The translations under genes were made by a program, and so were the position numbers. The notes under the pieces were generated by a model. The model had not been told where the DNA came from, did not search any database, and saw nothing but the letters and a program-made list of their open reading frames with translations. DNA of 64,000 bases from Cycas panzhihuaensis (Eukaryota; Plantae; Cycadophyta). Below are positions 38,496 through 52,399 of the stretch, piece after piece; the first letter of the stretch is position 1, and every line of letters begins with the position of its first letter. Where the stretch lies: contig CM041465.1 in the NCBI GenBank assembly GCA_023213395.1, forward strand, positions 182,349,741-182,413,740, read 5' to 3'.

Positions 38496-41400
38496 TACAT
38501 CCGGCAAAATCTTTACCATACACAACAAGCAAACAATATAAACACATAACAATTGCACAATACACGTGATATATGTGGAAAACCCTTTCAGGAAAAAATC
38601 CACGACCAAAGATATATTGATCGCATTGATTCCAACTTGATTGGTATGTAATATACAAGGGACTCCGAGATATTTATAATCCCCTAAGAGGTGTCAACTA
38701 TTAAGGGTTGTAACTCTCCACATAACACACACCTTTTTGTGAATCACATAATTAAACCACCACATTATCATTAACAAGTAGATTAATATGAAATTGCCAC
38801 ATTAACATCCCTCCTTAATGTGAATGTGGGGAACCTGCAGCAGTTTAGTTATCACAAAGACTTGGACTATCCCTTTTCTTTATCTTTGTCAATACATCCC
38901 CCCTCAAGGATAACTTTTGTGAGTCCAATTTGTGAATTGATCTTTAGTGAGTGCTTTGGTGAAAATGTCCACAAGCTGATATTCATTCGAACAATAGTCA
39001 ACCTGTAGCCTCCCTAATTTGAGTTGTTTGCGGATGTAGTAGTGCTATACCTTTGTATGAGCGTGAAACTCTAGATTCTTTGATAAGCGTATAGTACTCT
39101 GATTATCAACAAAAATAATTGGGATGCCATTTAATACTCTAAGAACTTCCAAGAGACATTGTAACCATATAGTTTCTTTTGCACTAACACCGAGTCCTTG
39201 ATATTCTGCCTGTGTAGAAGATAACGCCATTGTTTGTTGTTTTTTTGACTGCCATAAAACAAATCCATTATCGACACCAAATATATATCCAACAGTGGAT
39301 TTTCGATCATCAAAGTCTCTGCCCCAATCAACATTAGTGTAGCCATACAACTTTATGTCTTCCCCACAAAGGTAATCAAGACCAAGATTAAGTATCCCTT
39401 TCAAATCCTTCAGAATCTGCTTCATTGCAACCCAATGTGGTTCTTGAGGATTCTTCTATAATGGGAAACCAATCCAATAACATAGGTGATATCTAGTCTA
39501 GTATGAGTTAAATAGATCAGACTCCCTACCAATTGTCAATACAATGTTCCATCTACAGGCAATTTAGCCATATCCTTTTGCAACTTTGTGCCTTTAGCAC
39601 ATGGTGTTGCAACCAACTTACAAGCCTGCATCCTGAACCTCTCTAGTAGGTTCTTCACACATTGAGTCTGCAACATCATGATCCTATGTTCCATCTACCT
39701 GACTTTAATGCCTAAGAAGTAGTGTAGAGGCCTGAGGTCTATCATATCAAAGGTAGCTTCCAAATTGGACTTGACTCGAACAATAGTCTTATTATAGTTG
39801 CCTCTAATGATTAGATCATCCACATGCAATACAACAATGGCTATTGAAGTCTTACCCCTTTTCACATGTAGATTTGGCTCTAGGTCTATAGCAACAAAAC
39901 CTTCTTCCTTCAATTTGGCATCGATCTTATCATACGAAGCATAGGGTGCTTGTTTGAAGCCATATAGTGATTTCTTTAAACAACACACAAGATGCACTTG
40001 GTCTTTCTTAACGAATCCCAGAGGCTCTGATGTATAAATCTCCTCCTTCAAATCACCATTAAAAAATGTAGACTTGACGTCCATCTAGTTTAACTCCCAA
40101 CCATATGCAATTGCTAAGGAAATGATTAAACGAACTATCGTTATCTTGGAGACTGTTGCAAATGTCTCATCATAATCAATTCCTTCCTTTTGTTTAAACC
40201 CTTGAGCAACAAACCTGGCCTTGTACTTGTCCACCTCTCCATCATAGTGGAACTTTGTCTTATAGACCCACTTGTATCCAATTAGGTTTTTCTTTGGAGG
40301 TAAGGAAACTAAATTCCATGTGGCATTCTTCATGATTGAGCCATACTCTTGCTCCATTGCAACTCTTCATCGTGGATTGCCCTTCGCTTCTTCATACAAA
40401 ACAAGATCACTTGAGTCGTTGGTGCTCACCACTAGATTCCGACTGGCTTCTTGTTCTTCTTTCATCAATAAGGTTCTGCAATGCCATACCGGAATCCTCT
40501 ATCGTCTTCCTTGCCTATAATGGTATAGAAGGACCTGGCGCTATAGGTATTTCTTTATGTGACGGCTCTTCACTATTACTCTCTCCACTCAGTCCATCTT
40601 CCTCTTGAATCACAACGACTGGCTCATCATCCTCTGTAGTTGATGAATTCAAAAATGGAAGTAGTGGGGGGTAAAAAGGTTCCTCTGATGACTTCTCAAC
40701 ATGGTACGTTGATGACTCATCAAATTTAACATCCTGACTAATCACAATCCCTTACAGATACCACAATCTGTAAACTTTATTCTGATCAAAATACCCCATG
40801 GATATGCACTTCAAACTCTTGCGATCTAGTTTTTTGTGATTTTCGTTTGGGATGTGTGCATATGCAATGCATCCAAATATTTTCAATTGACTAATAGTTG
40901 ATTTATGACCGATCCATTTTTCCTTATGGGTCACACTTCGAACTGCTTCAGTGGGTACCCTATTTAGAATGTAAATAGCAGTCGCGATAGCTTCTGCCCA
41001 AAACATTGGCGGTAAGTTTTTTGAATGCATCATACACCTTGCCATTTCCATCATGGTACGATTCTTTCTCTCTGCAACACCATTTTGTTGTGGGGTATAT
41101 GGGATAGTAAACTCCTGTTTTATACCATGATCTTGGCAAATTGATTAAACACATGATTGACGTATTCTTTGCCATTATCATTCCTTAATATTTTTATCAT
41201 ATTCATTTTTGACACTTGCTTTCCAATCATGAAAGTGGTCAAACACATGTGACTTATTCTTAAGGAAATACACCTAGGACTTCCTGGTGTAGTCGTCTAC
41301 AAACACCAAAGAATATTAAGCTCTAGATATTGAAGGGTTTGAGAGTGGCTCCATCAAGTCTGTATGCACGAGTTCAAGCTTCTCCTTGGCTCTCTAGGCA

Positions 41401-44400
41401 CTGTCTCAAGCAAAAGGATAGTGGTGATGCTTTCCATACATACACCCTTCACACACACTATATGAACATGAAATGGATGGTAATCCTTCCACCATTTTCA
41501 ACCTTTTCATCAGTGCGATGCTTCTATATTTAAGATAACCTAGGCGATCATGCCACAACTTACTCACATCATCAACGCTAACAACAAAAACATAAGATTT
41601 CTTTCGGGATTGAAACTTCTTAAACACCCAAAAATTCTCTCTTACTTTCCCAATAGCAATGATAGAGAAATTCTGTTTTGGATCCTTAATCAGACATCTA
41701 TCTTTATAAAGCTCGACCTTCATTCCTTGTTTGCAAATTTTTCAGGTTGAAAGTAAATTCATCTACATTTTGGGTACATAATATACCCCTTTAAATTTGC
41801 CACCTGCCAAGGATACATCACCAACACCTTCAACAAGTAACACGCGCATCTCTAAGGATAATCTCAACATTACTAGGATTTGCACTCCATGCATCAAAGT
41901 TTTGCATTTGGAAAGAGATGTGCTTTTGAGCTCTAGAGTCCAAAATGCAATAATCTCTCCGATTTGGCTTGGTTGACAAGGTTGACACTTTGACACAGTG
42001 TACTGCTACACTCTTCCCTTCACCGTCTTGGCTAGCTTTGTATTTGTCTGGTCTTTTGAACCAACAATTCTTTTCTCTGTGGCCTTTCTTCTTGCAACAG
42101 TTACATTTACCAGTGAATTTCTTCTCCTTCTAAGATTCTTCCCCTGTCCTCTGTGTGAACTTTTCCTCTTGAACGGTCTCTCTCCTCTGCATCTTCATGA
42201 CTAAGGCCTGATTTGAATAAGAACCACTAGGCATCCCATAAAGTTTAAGCTTGGCATCCTTAGCTAGAATGAGATTTTTAATACTATCAAACGTTTCACC
42301 CTCCATCACTAATCTTTACTATAGATGGTCTGGAAAGTTGCAATTGCAACTGGTAGTTTCAACATAATTAACACAAACAAGAACGTATCATCAATCAAAT
42401 TTGATTTCAACTCCTCTAGCTTATTCTTCAAATCAATGACTTTAATCAGGTAGGCGTTTATGTTGGTCTCATCTTCCACCATAGCATTAAGAAGCTCCAA
42501 CATCAAAGCAAGATGCTTATTCGTCTTTTTCTTCTCAAAAGTCTCACACAACTTTGCCTAAATTTTGTCTGGTTCATCAAGGTTATGAACCAATGCTCTT
42601 TGGTTTGGCGCCAATGACAGTTTCAACAATTCAATCAGCATGAATTGCTTCTCTTGAAGTCAAACTCATTCTTTATGGTCAAGCGAAATTGCGTCCACTT
42701 TCATCTTTGTTATTGCCTAGAGTTGGTTTACCATAAGTATTAACTCCATATTAATCTTCCACTTGTTGAAGTTATTGCCATTAAAGATAACTTAGGCATT
42801 AATTTATCCATTCTCGAGAAATAGGTTTCAGATCTGAGTCAATATCACCAAACTACTAGAATTATAGTCCTTTGGACAACACCAACTTTACTGCGTTGTC
42901 CTTCTTCACAAGCATATATGCTGGGGTACACGATCTAATGGTTATGCAAGCTAGAACCGCCCACCAATAGTCAACCCAACAGAACTAGGACTCAAGATAG
43001 TTCTCCAATTGCTTAAATAGCTCCAAAAACTACTCAAAAAACCACAAAAAAATGCTTCACAGAGAGAAAATCTCAACGTAGCAATGTTGGTATGGCACCC
43101 AAGTTAGATTCCAATAAAAAAATGGCCTCAAATGATCTCTAGATTAATACACGACACTCAATAGAAGGAGATATATTCACCAAATATCATATCAATGGAT
43201 TTTTAAAAGGTTATGATATCCAATTTATATTAGAATATGCCAAAAGGCATATTCTCAACTTAGTGGTTGTCCACAAAAGTCTGTGCGACTTTTCATTCAA
43301 TGCATGTGGTTTGAATCAATTGCAAATGATTAATAAGGGTCGATTAAGGTTAAGCAACCTTAATATTTATCAAATACACCCTATGACATGTGAATGGACT
43401 TCAATCGACGTGAATATGAGGGGCGACTGTCGTATGAAAGGTGTGACCAACGCAGTGTAGTCCGAGCTTCCAATAACCAATCAACGCTACATACAACTTG
43501 GAATTCTAGCCCAATGCAATCACTCACATACTCAAGCAAGTCAGGGTCTTTCTCTATGCAAAATTTACTAAAAAACAAAGAGAAAATCAAGGCTACACGC
43601 TTTATAAAGTCACCCAATCTTCAACATTCATCAACATACACAGAACTCCAAATATACAGCCTTAAATGCTGCCCAACATCCTTATTATGGATAGAAAGCC
43701 ACCTTATATGGATGCAATCTTGCCCTTGGGTAAGGAAATCGGATCTTTTCAATGCAATTTATTGATTTTTAATGTCAAATACAATCGAACTCCTTCAAAA
43801 TAAAGCAAAACTTACTTGAATGATGTCCAGTGATTCCCAACATTAATAAATCACTTTCAAAACGTGCTTCACTAGCTTTAAGCAGTGCCCAACACATCCA
43901 ACCAGCGCTAGGTCACTCCACAACGAGCCAACTTGATCCAAAAAAAGGCTTTCAAGTTTGATTTTTGACCCCAAACAATGTACTAACCTTGTTGATAGGT
44001 GAGTTTCACCTCCTCAATCGCCATTGACCACTATGCCTGCTCTGCAAGTTGTTGGAGAATAGAAAGTCTCAAGAAGACTTGGGTTCTGTTGGCTTTACTC
44101 GGCAACCAATGATCTTATCACTCCACCCAACTCTGGCCTCAACTATGTAGGACCTTATGGCTTTGATACCATGTTAAGAAACATGAATGAATGCATACAT
44201 GTTTACATCCCGCAGAATCTTTACCATACATAACAAGCAAATAAAATAAACACAAAACAATTGCATAGTACACAGGATATACGTGGGAAACCCTTTCGTG
44301 AAAAAACCCACCACAAAAGATCTATCAATTACATTGACTCCAACTTGATTGATATGCTATATATAAGGGACTCTGGGATATTTATAATCCCCTAAGAGGT

Positions 44401-44515
44401 GTCAACTGTTAAAGGTTGTGACTCTCTGTATAACTCGCATCATTTTGTTAATCACATAATTAAACCACCACATTAACATTAACAAGTGGCTTAATATGAA
44501 ATTGCCATGCTAACA
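38464..44515 (-). mobile_element. Ty1/copia element I, full length
   Basis: LTRs 38464-38807 and 44172-44515; TSD AATAC/AATAC. Minus-strand PBS TGGTATCAAAGC at 44160-44171; PPT at 38808-38816. Confidence 0.95.
38900..42811 (-). pseudogene. Copia I gag-pol, disrupted
   Basis: FNGNNFNKWK gag start; LWHDRLG; MMEMARCMM..FWAEAI; YKARFVAQGF; MDVKSTF; HVDDL; DWGRDFDDRKST; VDNQSTI. Confidence 0.93.
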
Positions 44516-46665
44516 AATACATTACAAATGACTAAAGGTGAATTAATGAAGCATCATTAATTCTTTCATCATTCAATGTGTACTAGAAAGCCTTCTTTAG
44601 GGAGGAGATCTTTATGAGGTCTAATTCTTGCAAGGATGAGAATAGTCTGCTGAAGAAGTTGAGCATGAGCGGGTGCTCAAAATCATGGGACTCTACCATT
44701 GTGACCATTTTATTAGAAGTATTAATGTATCGTTGGACAGATTGTCTAGTTTGTTGTTGCAACTGTAACCATTTCGTTTCTCTTTCATATTTGTGTCCTA
44801 TGGAATGAATTCATTTCTAAAATATTATTTTAAAATTGTCCCATGAACTTACTTCACCATGGGTGTTGACATAAGTTTTCCACCATATTAAGGCTTGTTC
44901 AACCATGTGTATCTCTGCCATAGCAATTTTTTCATCATCTGTGAGTCTTTGAAACTTGAAATAAGCCCCAAGCTTCGAATCCAATTATCCAAGGTTTGGA
45001 CATTAATTGTGTCATGAAACTTCTTATTAGTAATTTGAGTATCCAGCTTAAACTATGACTGTTGGATAGTGCTATAGGAACATGTGGATGTTAGGATTGT
45101 AGGAGATGTTGAGTCTATTGAATTTGATGAACCATCAGTTGTTGAAACATGGTCATCATGTTCTGCATCATTTGGGCTCAAGTATCTGCTTGTCGCTGCA
45201 ATGTATCCATCATTTGTGTAAAAGCCAGGGAAGGTTCCTTTGATCTTTGCTTTGTGTCTTCAACCATTTCTTCCATGGAAGAAGTTTGTTTTCCTTTGCA
45301 AGGCATGTTGTGTTTGACAAAAACTTAACAATTGACTTAAAAAAATATGGACATGCCTTTACAAATGTCAATATTTTAATGACTTGAAATTTATTGCAGG
45401 TATTAAAATTTCTTGACACCACTCTTATTTGCAATAAACTTGATTAAAATGTGATTTTTTCTTTACACTCTTCAAGTGACATTTTTTTAATGTTTTAAGT
45501 CACTATATTGTCATCTGCCTTTAGCAATTTTGTCAAAATTAATTAAATTTTCACACTTGCCTTTTGCAAATTAAAGAAATGACTTTATCAAAATTTACCT
45601 TTGCAATTTTGAAAATAATGATATTTTTCTTGGTATTTTAGCCCTTGTAAATGACGTTATATGATTTATTTCTTTTTAAAGCTCTCAAGACTTGGGAATA
45701 TCCTAAGAATATTGTTGACTTAAAGGTTCACTACACTTGTGAAAATTGACACTTGTCAAAGAATCATTGGTAATCTAGCTTAGGATATAGTCAACATACT
45801 TTATACACCCAAGGTTATCACATATTCACCCATAATTCAACATAATATCATCATAGATTACACATGGCAGTACATTAATCAACAAGTATCCATTATGCAA
45901 TCATCATGGTACGCATAAAACACAGTATTCGATGTAACTCTTCACTTTATTAAGCAATATGTCTTATACATTCAGTTCTGGAATGTATCCTATATACATT
46001 CCAGTTGCATATACAGGATTCTATCACATATGTCCCAAAAGGGAATGCATTTGCTGCAGCTCTAATCCGTACCACTTTCTTGGCTTGTTGGCTGTCGTAC
46101 TACTATGTGGAATGAATGCTCGGCTCTCACCACTGGAATGGTCCTCAATGATCTCCTTAAATGCGTCCTTTTGATGCCTTTTGATGAAGGGTTATGACCT
46201 CCCTGTTATAACTGTACATTTTCATTATCAATGTAACCTTTCACTTAAACACGTGTTTAGTCTCCTTTAATGGTGCCTTTTCCATCCGTATGTCCATACG
46301 TATGTTCATTTGGGATGACGTCATCATTCCTGGGTGCCTTTGGGTTAGACTTGCTTGTGCGTACCCTACTATTTGCTAGCGTACTGAAAACGGCATGCAC
46401 CTTATGTTACGTACTTGATATGGTACGCACCTATCATACATATCCATAATGCTCTTTTTCTTGCATTTTTTCACCGTATGTACCTCCGTACGGCCCGTAC
46501 CTGCATTCCACTAGTCAATACAGGCTTATATTCCTTTTCCACATAGCTTATGTGTCGAATTATACCCTAACATCTATCCTTGGTCGACAAAATAGGGTTG
46601 AGCATCCTTGCTCATCAAAATTTTCAAAAATTTTGGTGTATCCTTCCCCCTTCTCTGTACTAAGG

Positions 46666-47753
46666 CTACCCTTGCTGTCTTTGTTCTATTGTTTGCTCTC
46701 GTGTAGCCAGAATTTCTTCATTAGTTTGAGTGAGGGTTGCTATTATACCATCTTTCTCCTTGACCTTGTCTTGAAGGGCAACTATTTCTGGCTTATCCTC
46801 TTCCTCCATTTCTTTAATTAATTGAATTATTTGTTGTATTTTTCCTTTCGTTTGAGTTGGTGGTGCTGATGCTTCCCCTATCTCCATTATAGGAGGAAAT
46901 TCTATCCAAGGGACGGCTTTTCTCCTTCCTCCTCAGGTTCTCCTTCATCCCTTCTTCTCTTATTGCTTCTCCAGACTGCTTGCTTGGTGCAGTGTGGAAT
47001 AGGTGTCCTTGGAGTTTGTTGTACCCATTTCAGGACTTTTGTCATTTCCTTTTGCACCTTTCTCTTAATTTCCCTATCCTAAGTGTTTTATGAAAATTCA
47101 TCCACCCATTGCTTTATAAAGGGTTCATGTGGGCGGATGGTTGATTGTGGAAGTTGTACTCCTGGACATTGGTAGAATAAGATGGCTAATAACAAGGAGG
47201 GGTGTTTGAATGGATGTGTCATTATTTCCTCAATTTGTTGTATCATATTCACCACCAAAAATTTAGACCAATTGAGTTGTTCCCCATCTCGAATTTTTGG
47301 TAATATTAGCATCATTCCCCTTGGAATGTATGTATACTTTCTTTTGGATAAAAGCCTAGTGTTTATGACTTTTGCTATCCATTGCAACCTGATGTCTTTT
47401 ATATCTGCTACATGAATACCTCTTGATATTACCTGGCTATTTTCTTGGCAAAATTCCTTTAACTAGGTTTCCCGGACCACCTCTGATCTTTTAGTGGCAA
47501 TTGGGACTTCTCCCTCCTTCGGAAGTCCTGTAAGTAAGTGGATTATTTCTGTGTCTAATTTAACTTTCTTCAAATCCTTTTTTAATTCCAATAGGATGTT
47601 CTCCATTAACTCCTGGTCCCAATAAAGAGGATTAAGGTATATGTATTCTCCCCATCTTGCTTGCTTGACCTTTGTTTTAAATTGGGTAGGTAATCTATCC
47701 AATTTCTTCTTAAGCTTTGGTAGGAATATTTCTTGGCATCCTACCATCTTCAT
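46666..47753 (-). pseudogene. Extra sense 3' ORF of F: plant-mobile-domain/Transposase_32-like region plus coiled coil
   Basis: IIHLLTGLPKEG..WIAKVINTRLL..GEQLNWSKFL motifs and a C-terminal coiled coil; located between INT and the PPT after an A-rich spacer. Confidence 0.55.
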
Positions 47754-48431
47754 TATGACATTGCTTTGGGAATTTTGGAAGTAATTCTAGTATTGACCAA
47801 AGAATACAAGATAAAACCCTACGTGTGTACCTTTTTGGAATGGTTGATTTTATCTAGCAATTTGCTTTGAATTTTGTGTTGTTCTCTTGCTCCTCCTTCT
47901 TTGGAATGTGGTATTTTTGACTGGCTCCTTGCTGTTGTCTATTATGGATTGATTCCCCCTATTTTCTGTTTGCGTCCCGTGCAGGAATGATTGCAGGTAC
48001 GCATTATATATTTTGTCTTTTCTTGCCTGTTTGTTCTATGCGTACTCGACATCATACTTTTTTGGTACGTATAGTGTATTTTGGCCCACTTATTCAATTT
48101 TCACTTTGCGTACCTAGTAACGTACCCTTTTTGGTACATATAGTGTATTTCATTGGTACATACACAAGAATTCTGATTTTTTTGATATAATTTTTCTGAA
48201 TTTCAATTTTTTTTACAATGGTATATCTTTCTTCTTATGATTTGCCATATTGCTTATTTGTATGATATGAGTTATGGTTGTTTTTTTTCTATTTTTTTTT
48301 TTTTTTTTTTCTGTATTTTTATTTACATATTGAACTGAATCATGTTCCAGTCTCAAGACAATCTGATTTGCCTTAACTTCACACAACACATTATGGTTCG
48401 ACCAGTTGATCCGACTAGTAGTTGCTCCACC

Positions 48432-51100
48432 CTAGCTGACATAAGGTTTCAATTGGCTACCATTCACTTGGGTTGGTAGCAATGGTCCGTCAATTTCCCA
48501 AAGTTGTACTGAACCATTCTCAAAAATTCTTTCGGCGATATAGGGTCCCAACCATCTCAGTTTGAGTTTCCCAGGGTGTGTTTTGAATTTGTTGTTATAA
48601 AGAAGAACTTGGTTGCCTTCTTTGAATTGTGGCATGTGTAGGTGACGATTGTGCCATGATGCCTTTTGTCTTCTTTTCTCTATACTTTGTAACCATTTTG
48701 CCCTATACCTTTTTTCTTCTAGCCACACTAATTCTTCGAACCTTTGTTGTAAGGAATGGAAGTCATCCAATTGACATTGCATGACTATTCTTAGGCTCGG
48801 AATTTCGAATTCGGTCAGGAGGATGGTCTTGATTCCATAAATGAGTTGAAATGGTGTTTGTCCTCTTGATCTTTTGTACGATGTTCTGAAGGCCCATAGT
48901 ACTGATGGTAACTTCTCCACCCAATCTGACCTTCCTATATTATAAATTTTTCGCAAGCAGTTCTCAATAGTCTTATTCGAACTTTTCGCTCGTCTGTTGG
49001 CCCATAGGTAGTAAGGTGTGGATTTCTGATGGCTAATCATAAAGGTTGATGTCAATATTTCTATAGTCTGGTTGAGAAAGTGGACCCCTGATCACTTACG
49101 ATTTCCAATGGGAATCCAAATTGTGTAATGATCACCTCGTAAAGAAATCATGCCGTGCTTTCTGAATCAGCTTTTCTTAGTGCCCCAACCTCCACCCATT
49201 TGGTCATATAGTCAGTTGCTACCAAAATGAATCGGGCTTGAGATCGTTGGGCGACCAGTTTGATAGGTCCGACGAAATTGAGTTCCCACTTTTCGAATAG
49301 TGCCAAAGGTAAGATTGGGTGGAGGGGCTGGGAGTCCTGTCGATTAGGTTTCCCAACCCTTTGACAATAATCACATGCTTGGATCCACTTCCTTATATTT
49401 TCAAACATAGATGGCCACCAAAATCTTGACATTAGAACCTTTCTTTAGGTCGCCATCTTTCCCATGTGTCATTCGGCTACGCCTTCGTGTGCTTGAGCCA
49501 TATTTTGATTAATCTCGTATGGCCTTACACATCGACATAGTACTTCATCTAGTCCAAGTTTATATAGCTCCTCTTTAATCAAATGGTATGGTTCTGCCTT
49601 ACGCACGGAATTCTGACATTCCGTTCGATCCAGTCCTGGCGGCAATTCCCTTATTGCTAGGTATTTTGGTGTTTCGTTGTACCAATCTATTGGTAATACT
49701 TCCACACTGAACAATGTTGCAGCAGTAAAGTCATCTGGTATCCCTATAGCTCTTTCTCCATTTGCGATTCTTGATAACTGATTAGGTATTAAATGGGCAT
49801 TTCCAGGTTTCACAATGATTTTAAATGAGAATTCCTAGAACAACATAAGGCACTTGCTAATCTGCCCCCTCATTATAGGTTTGTTTACTAAGTACATCAG
49901 TACTTGGTGGTCTACAAAGAATAAGAATAGATTTGACAATAGGTAATGTTGAAATTTTTGTAATGCATACACCATTTCGAGTGCTTCTCTCTTTGTTGTG
50001 GTGTAATTTTGCTCTGCTTTAGTCAATTTTCGACTTGCAAAGTAAATAGGATGGTCAATTTTATTGTCGTTTGGTTGCACTAGTACACATCTGATTGCAT
50101 ATTGCTAGGTGTCGATATGTACATGGAAGATTTTTTTCCAATTCGGGAATCTTAGTATAGGTGCCGATATTATGGCCTTTTTCATTGCTTCAAATGCATG
50201 TTGTTGTTCACTACTCAATTCCCATTCAACATCTCTTTTCAATAATTCTTCTAGGGGCCCTGATATACATGCATACCCCTAATGAATTTCCTGTAATAAC
50301 CAGTTAATCCCAAAAATCCCTTCAATTGTTTCCTTCTGAACGACACTAGGAAATGTAAGATTGCAGATACCTTAGTTGGATCTGTTAACAATCCTTCTTT
50401 GCTCACAATATGTCCTAATAAATTCCCAAAGGGTACTAGGAAGGTACATTTTTTCAGATTTAGACAACTTGTTTTCGTGACATGTTTGCAGCATTTCTTT
50501 GAGGTTATCCATATGGTCTTTCATGAGTCCATATAACATCCAATCATCCAAGAAAACTACCACTTTTTCGCCAATCATCTTATGAAATATGTTAATCACT
50601 ATTCTTTGAAATGTAGTTGGGGCATTTGTAAGATTGAAAGGCATCACCCTATATGCGTATGTTCCCCATTTCGTTACAAATGTTGTTTTTGCTTAATCCT
50701 TCGGAGTGATTTGGACTTGGTTGTATCCACTAAACCCATTTGTGAAAGAATACATTTTATTTCTACCTACGACCTCTAGAATATCCTCCATAAAAGGCAA
50801 TGGGAAGGAATCCTTTTTAGTAATCTTATTAAGTTGCCTATAATCCATAGAAACACGTATTTTTCTATTTTTCTTCGAGACCATCACTATAGGACTCACC
50901 CAGTCACTGTAGTCGATGTCATAGATGTATCTGGCTTCCAACATCTTATCTAACTCTGCTTTGACTTTCTTGTTATATTTTGGATTCATTCGGTATGGTC
51001 TCTGCTTCATCGGCTTAGCTCCTTTGATTAGGTCAATATGGTGCATTCCAATCTCCGAGGGAATGCCCTTAAGGTCTTTGTATGACCAGGCGAACACATC
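48432..51100 (-). pseudogene. F pol: RT, RNase H, integrase
   Basis: FAWSYKDLKGIP; MPFNLTNAPTTFQR; FLDD; YFASRKL..EQNY; FWWP..CDYCQR; ATDYMTKWVE; RWLGPY..VNGSQLKPY. Confidence 0.93.
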
Positions 51101-51118
51101 ACGAAACTCTTCAAATAA

Positions 51119-51928
51119 CTATTGAGCTTGTGCTATCGTCTGGTCATCCCAGTAATCTCCTATCCGAATGGTTTTTGGTTCCTCCTTACTCCCGATATTG
51201 ATTTCGGTTGTTTTTAACTTTATCATTTCAATATTTATTTTATTTCCCATGTGATGGGTAGAGGTATTTTCAATTTTTCTTTCACCATAATTGAGTTGGG
51301 TGAGTTTTGTGAGATAATTGGGGCTTTCTTCCTTTCCTTCATTGTCTGATTCTTCTTTTTTTTTCCTTCGTACTGATGATATGGCTTTTTGTTCTAGGCC
51401 TATACTTAATTTTTTAATAATCTTGAGTACCTTATCAATATTTTTGTCCTCTAATGAATGCGAAAATGTTTTTATAAAAGATTTCTTAAGGTTTTTCCAT
51501 GTTACATCTAGGTTTCGTTCTTTTCCTAAGAACCAATCTCTTGCTACATGACCTAAGGTGTGGTAGAAAAGATTGCCCCATGTTTTCCTAGGTAAACTCA
51601 AAGATGTCCATTCCTGTTTACACCTTTGGATATATTTATTGGAGCACTCTCCTACATAGAATAATGGAATGTTTAATTTTTTTGGATGGTCAAATCGTGT
51701 TCTGAATGTAGATTATAGTTTCTTCCAACCTTGAAAGGTAGTTTGGTGGGCTAGGTACCAATACCATGTGGTCCCTTGCAAGGTTAGTACCAAATCTGAT
51801 TCCCATTGAAGTTTATCCCAATTACCCTCATCTATCTAATACTCTATATAATGTATAAGGTGAGTGGTCTCGTATAGTTGGTCCCCATAAAAAGGTTTGA
51901 CATAATCTCTAATGTATGTTTCAAGGTT
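51119..51928 (-). pseudogene. Two tandem capsid (Retrotrans_gag)-like motifs directly upstream of the RT of F
   Basis: LTLQGTTWYWY..GWKKL*STFRTRF, then FYHTLGHVARDWFL..VTWKNLKKSFIKTF, running in frame into EINIGSKEEPKTIRIG. Confidence 0.6.
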
Positions 51929-52399
51929 ATATTTTAACATGGAAAGAATTCAACTCCAACATCAATATCAATGAACAAAGAAGAACTTGTATTAACTCAA
52001 CATAAGCAGATTACATTAGGATACTAATGCACCATAGACTCAACATGAGTCTCCATGATGACTTGATTACATACTCTATCTCAACCACCTATTTATACAA
52101 CATAGGTGGGAGACCATATAAAAGATGTGACACAAATACCTCTAACCTAACCAATGACACTTCACCAACCTATTAACCAATGACCTTCTAACTTCCCACA
52201 TAACATTATTACAATGCATGACCCTTAAACTCTAATACTTAGGACTATAGCTCTATTGGCTCTAAGACACACTTTACATAGAACACATATACATTAAACA
52301 TTATATTCTAACACCTCCCCTTAATGTTTAATGTTGATATTACAAGAAAACTAAGGACAACATGACACTTAGTGCTAAGGATTGACACAAACTTGACAT

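Larger units (their letters stand above)
37786..44571 (-). mobile_element. Solo LTR H (~485 bp once I and the duplication are removed), inserted in the gag of G
   Basis: TGAAG..CATCA; TSD TTCAG/TTCAA. Removing H restores G gag ..YT-LKLESKL. Shares the ACTTTATCAC..TTAAG..TGATAAAGT palindrome with the A/E LTRs. Confidence 0.7.
36100..45210 (-). mobile_element. CRM-like Ty3/gypsy element G with gag and protease only, interrupted by H and I
   Basis: Gag at ~44577-45210 (EQALIWWK..SSWDNFK..WLQLQQ). PR at ~37050-37480 (FIIDSGNMKNLVS..PHLNPYTLGWV..LLLGRPYQYD). PPT AAGGAGGAA next to the LTR start at 36334; LTR far end ~36100 uncertain. Confidence 0.75.
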
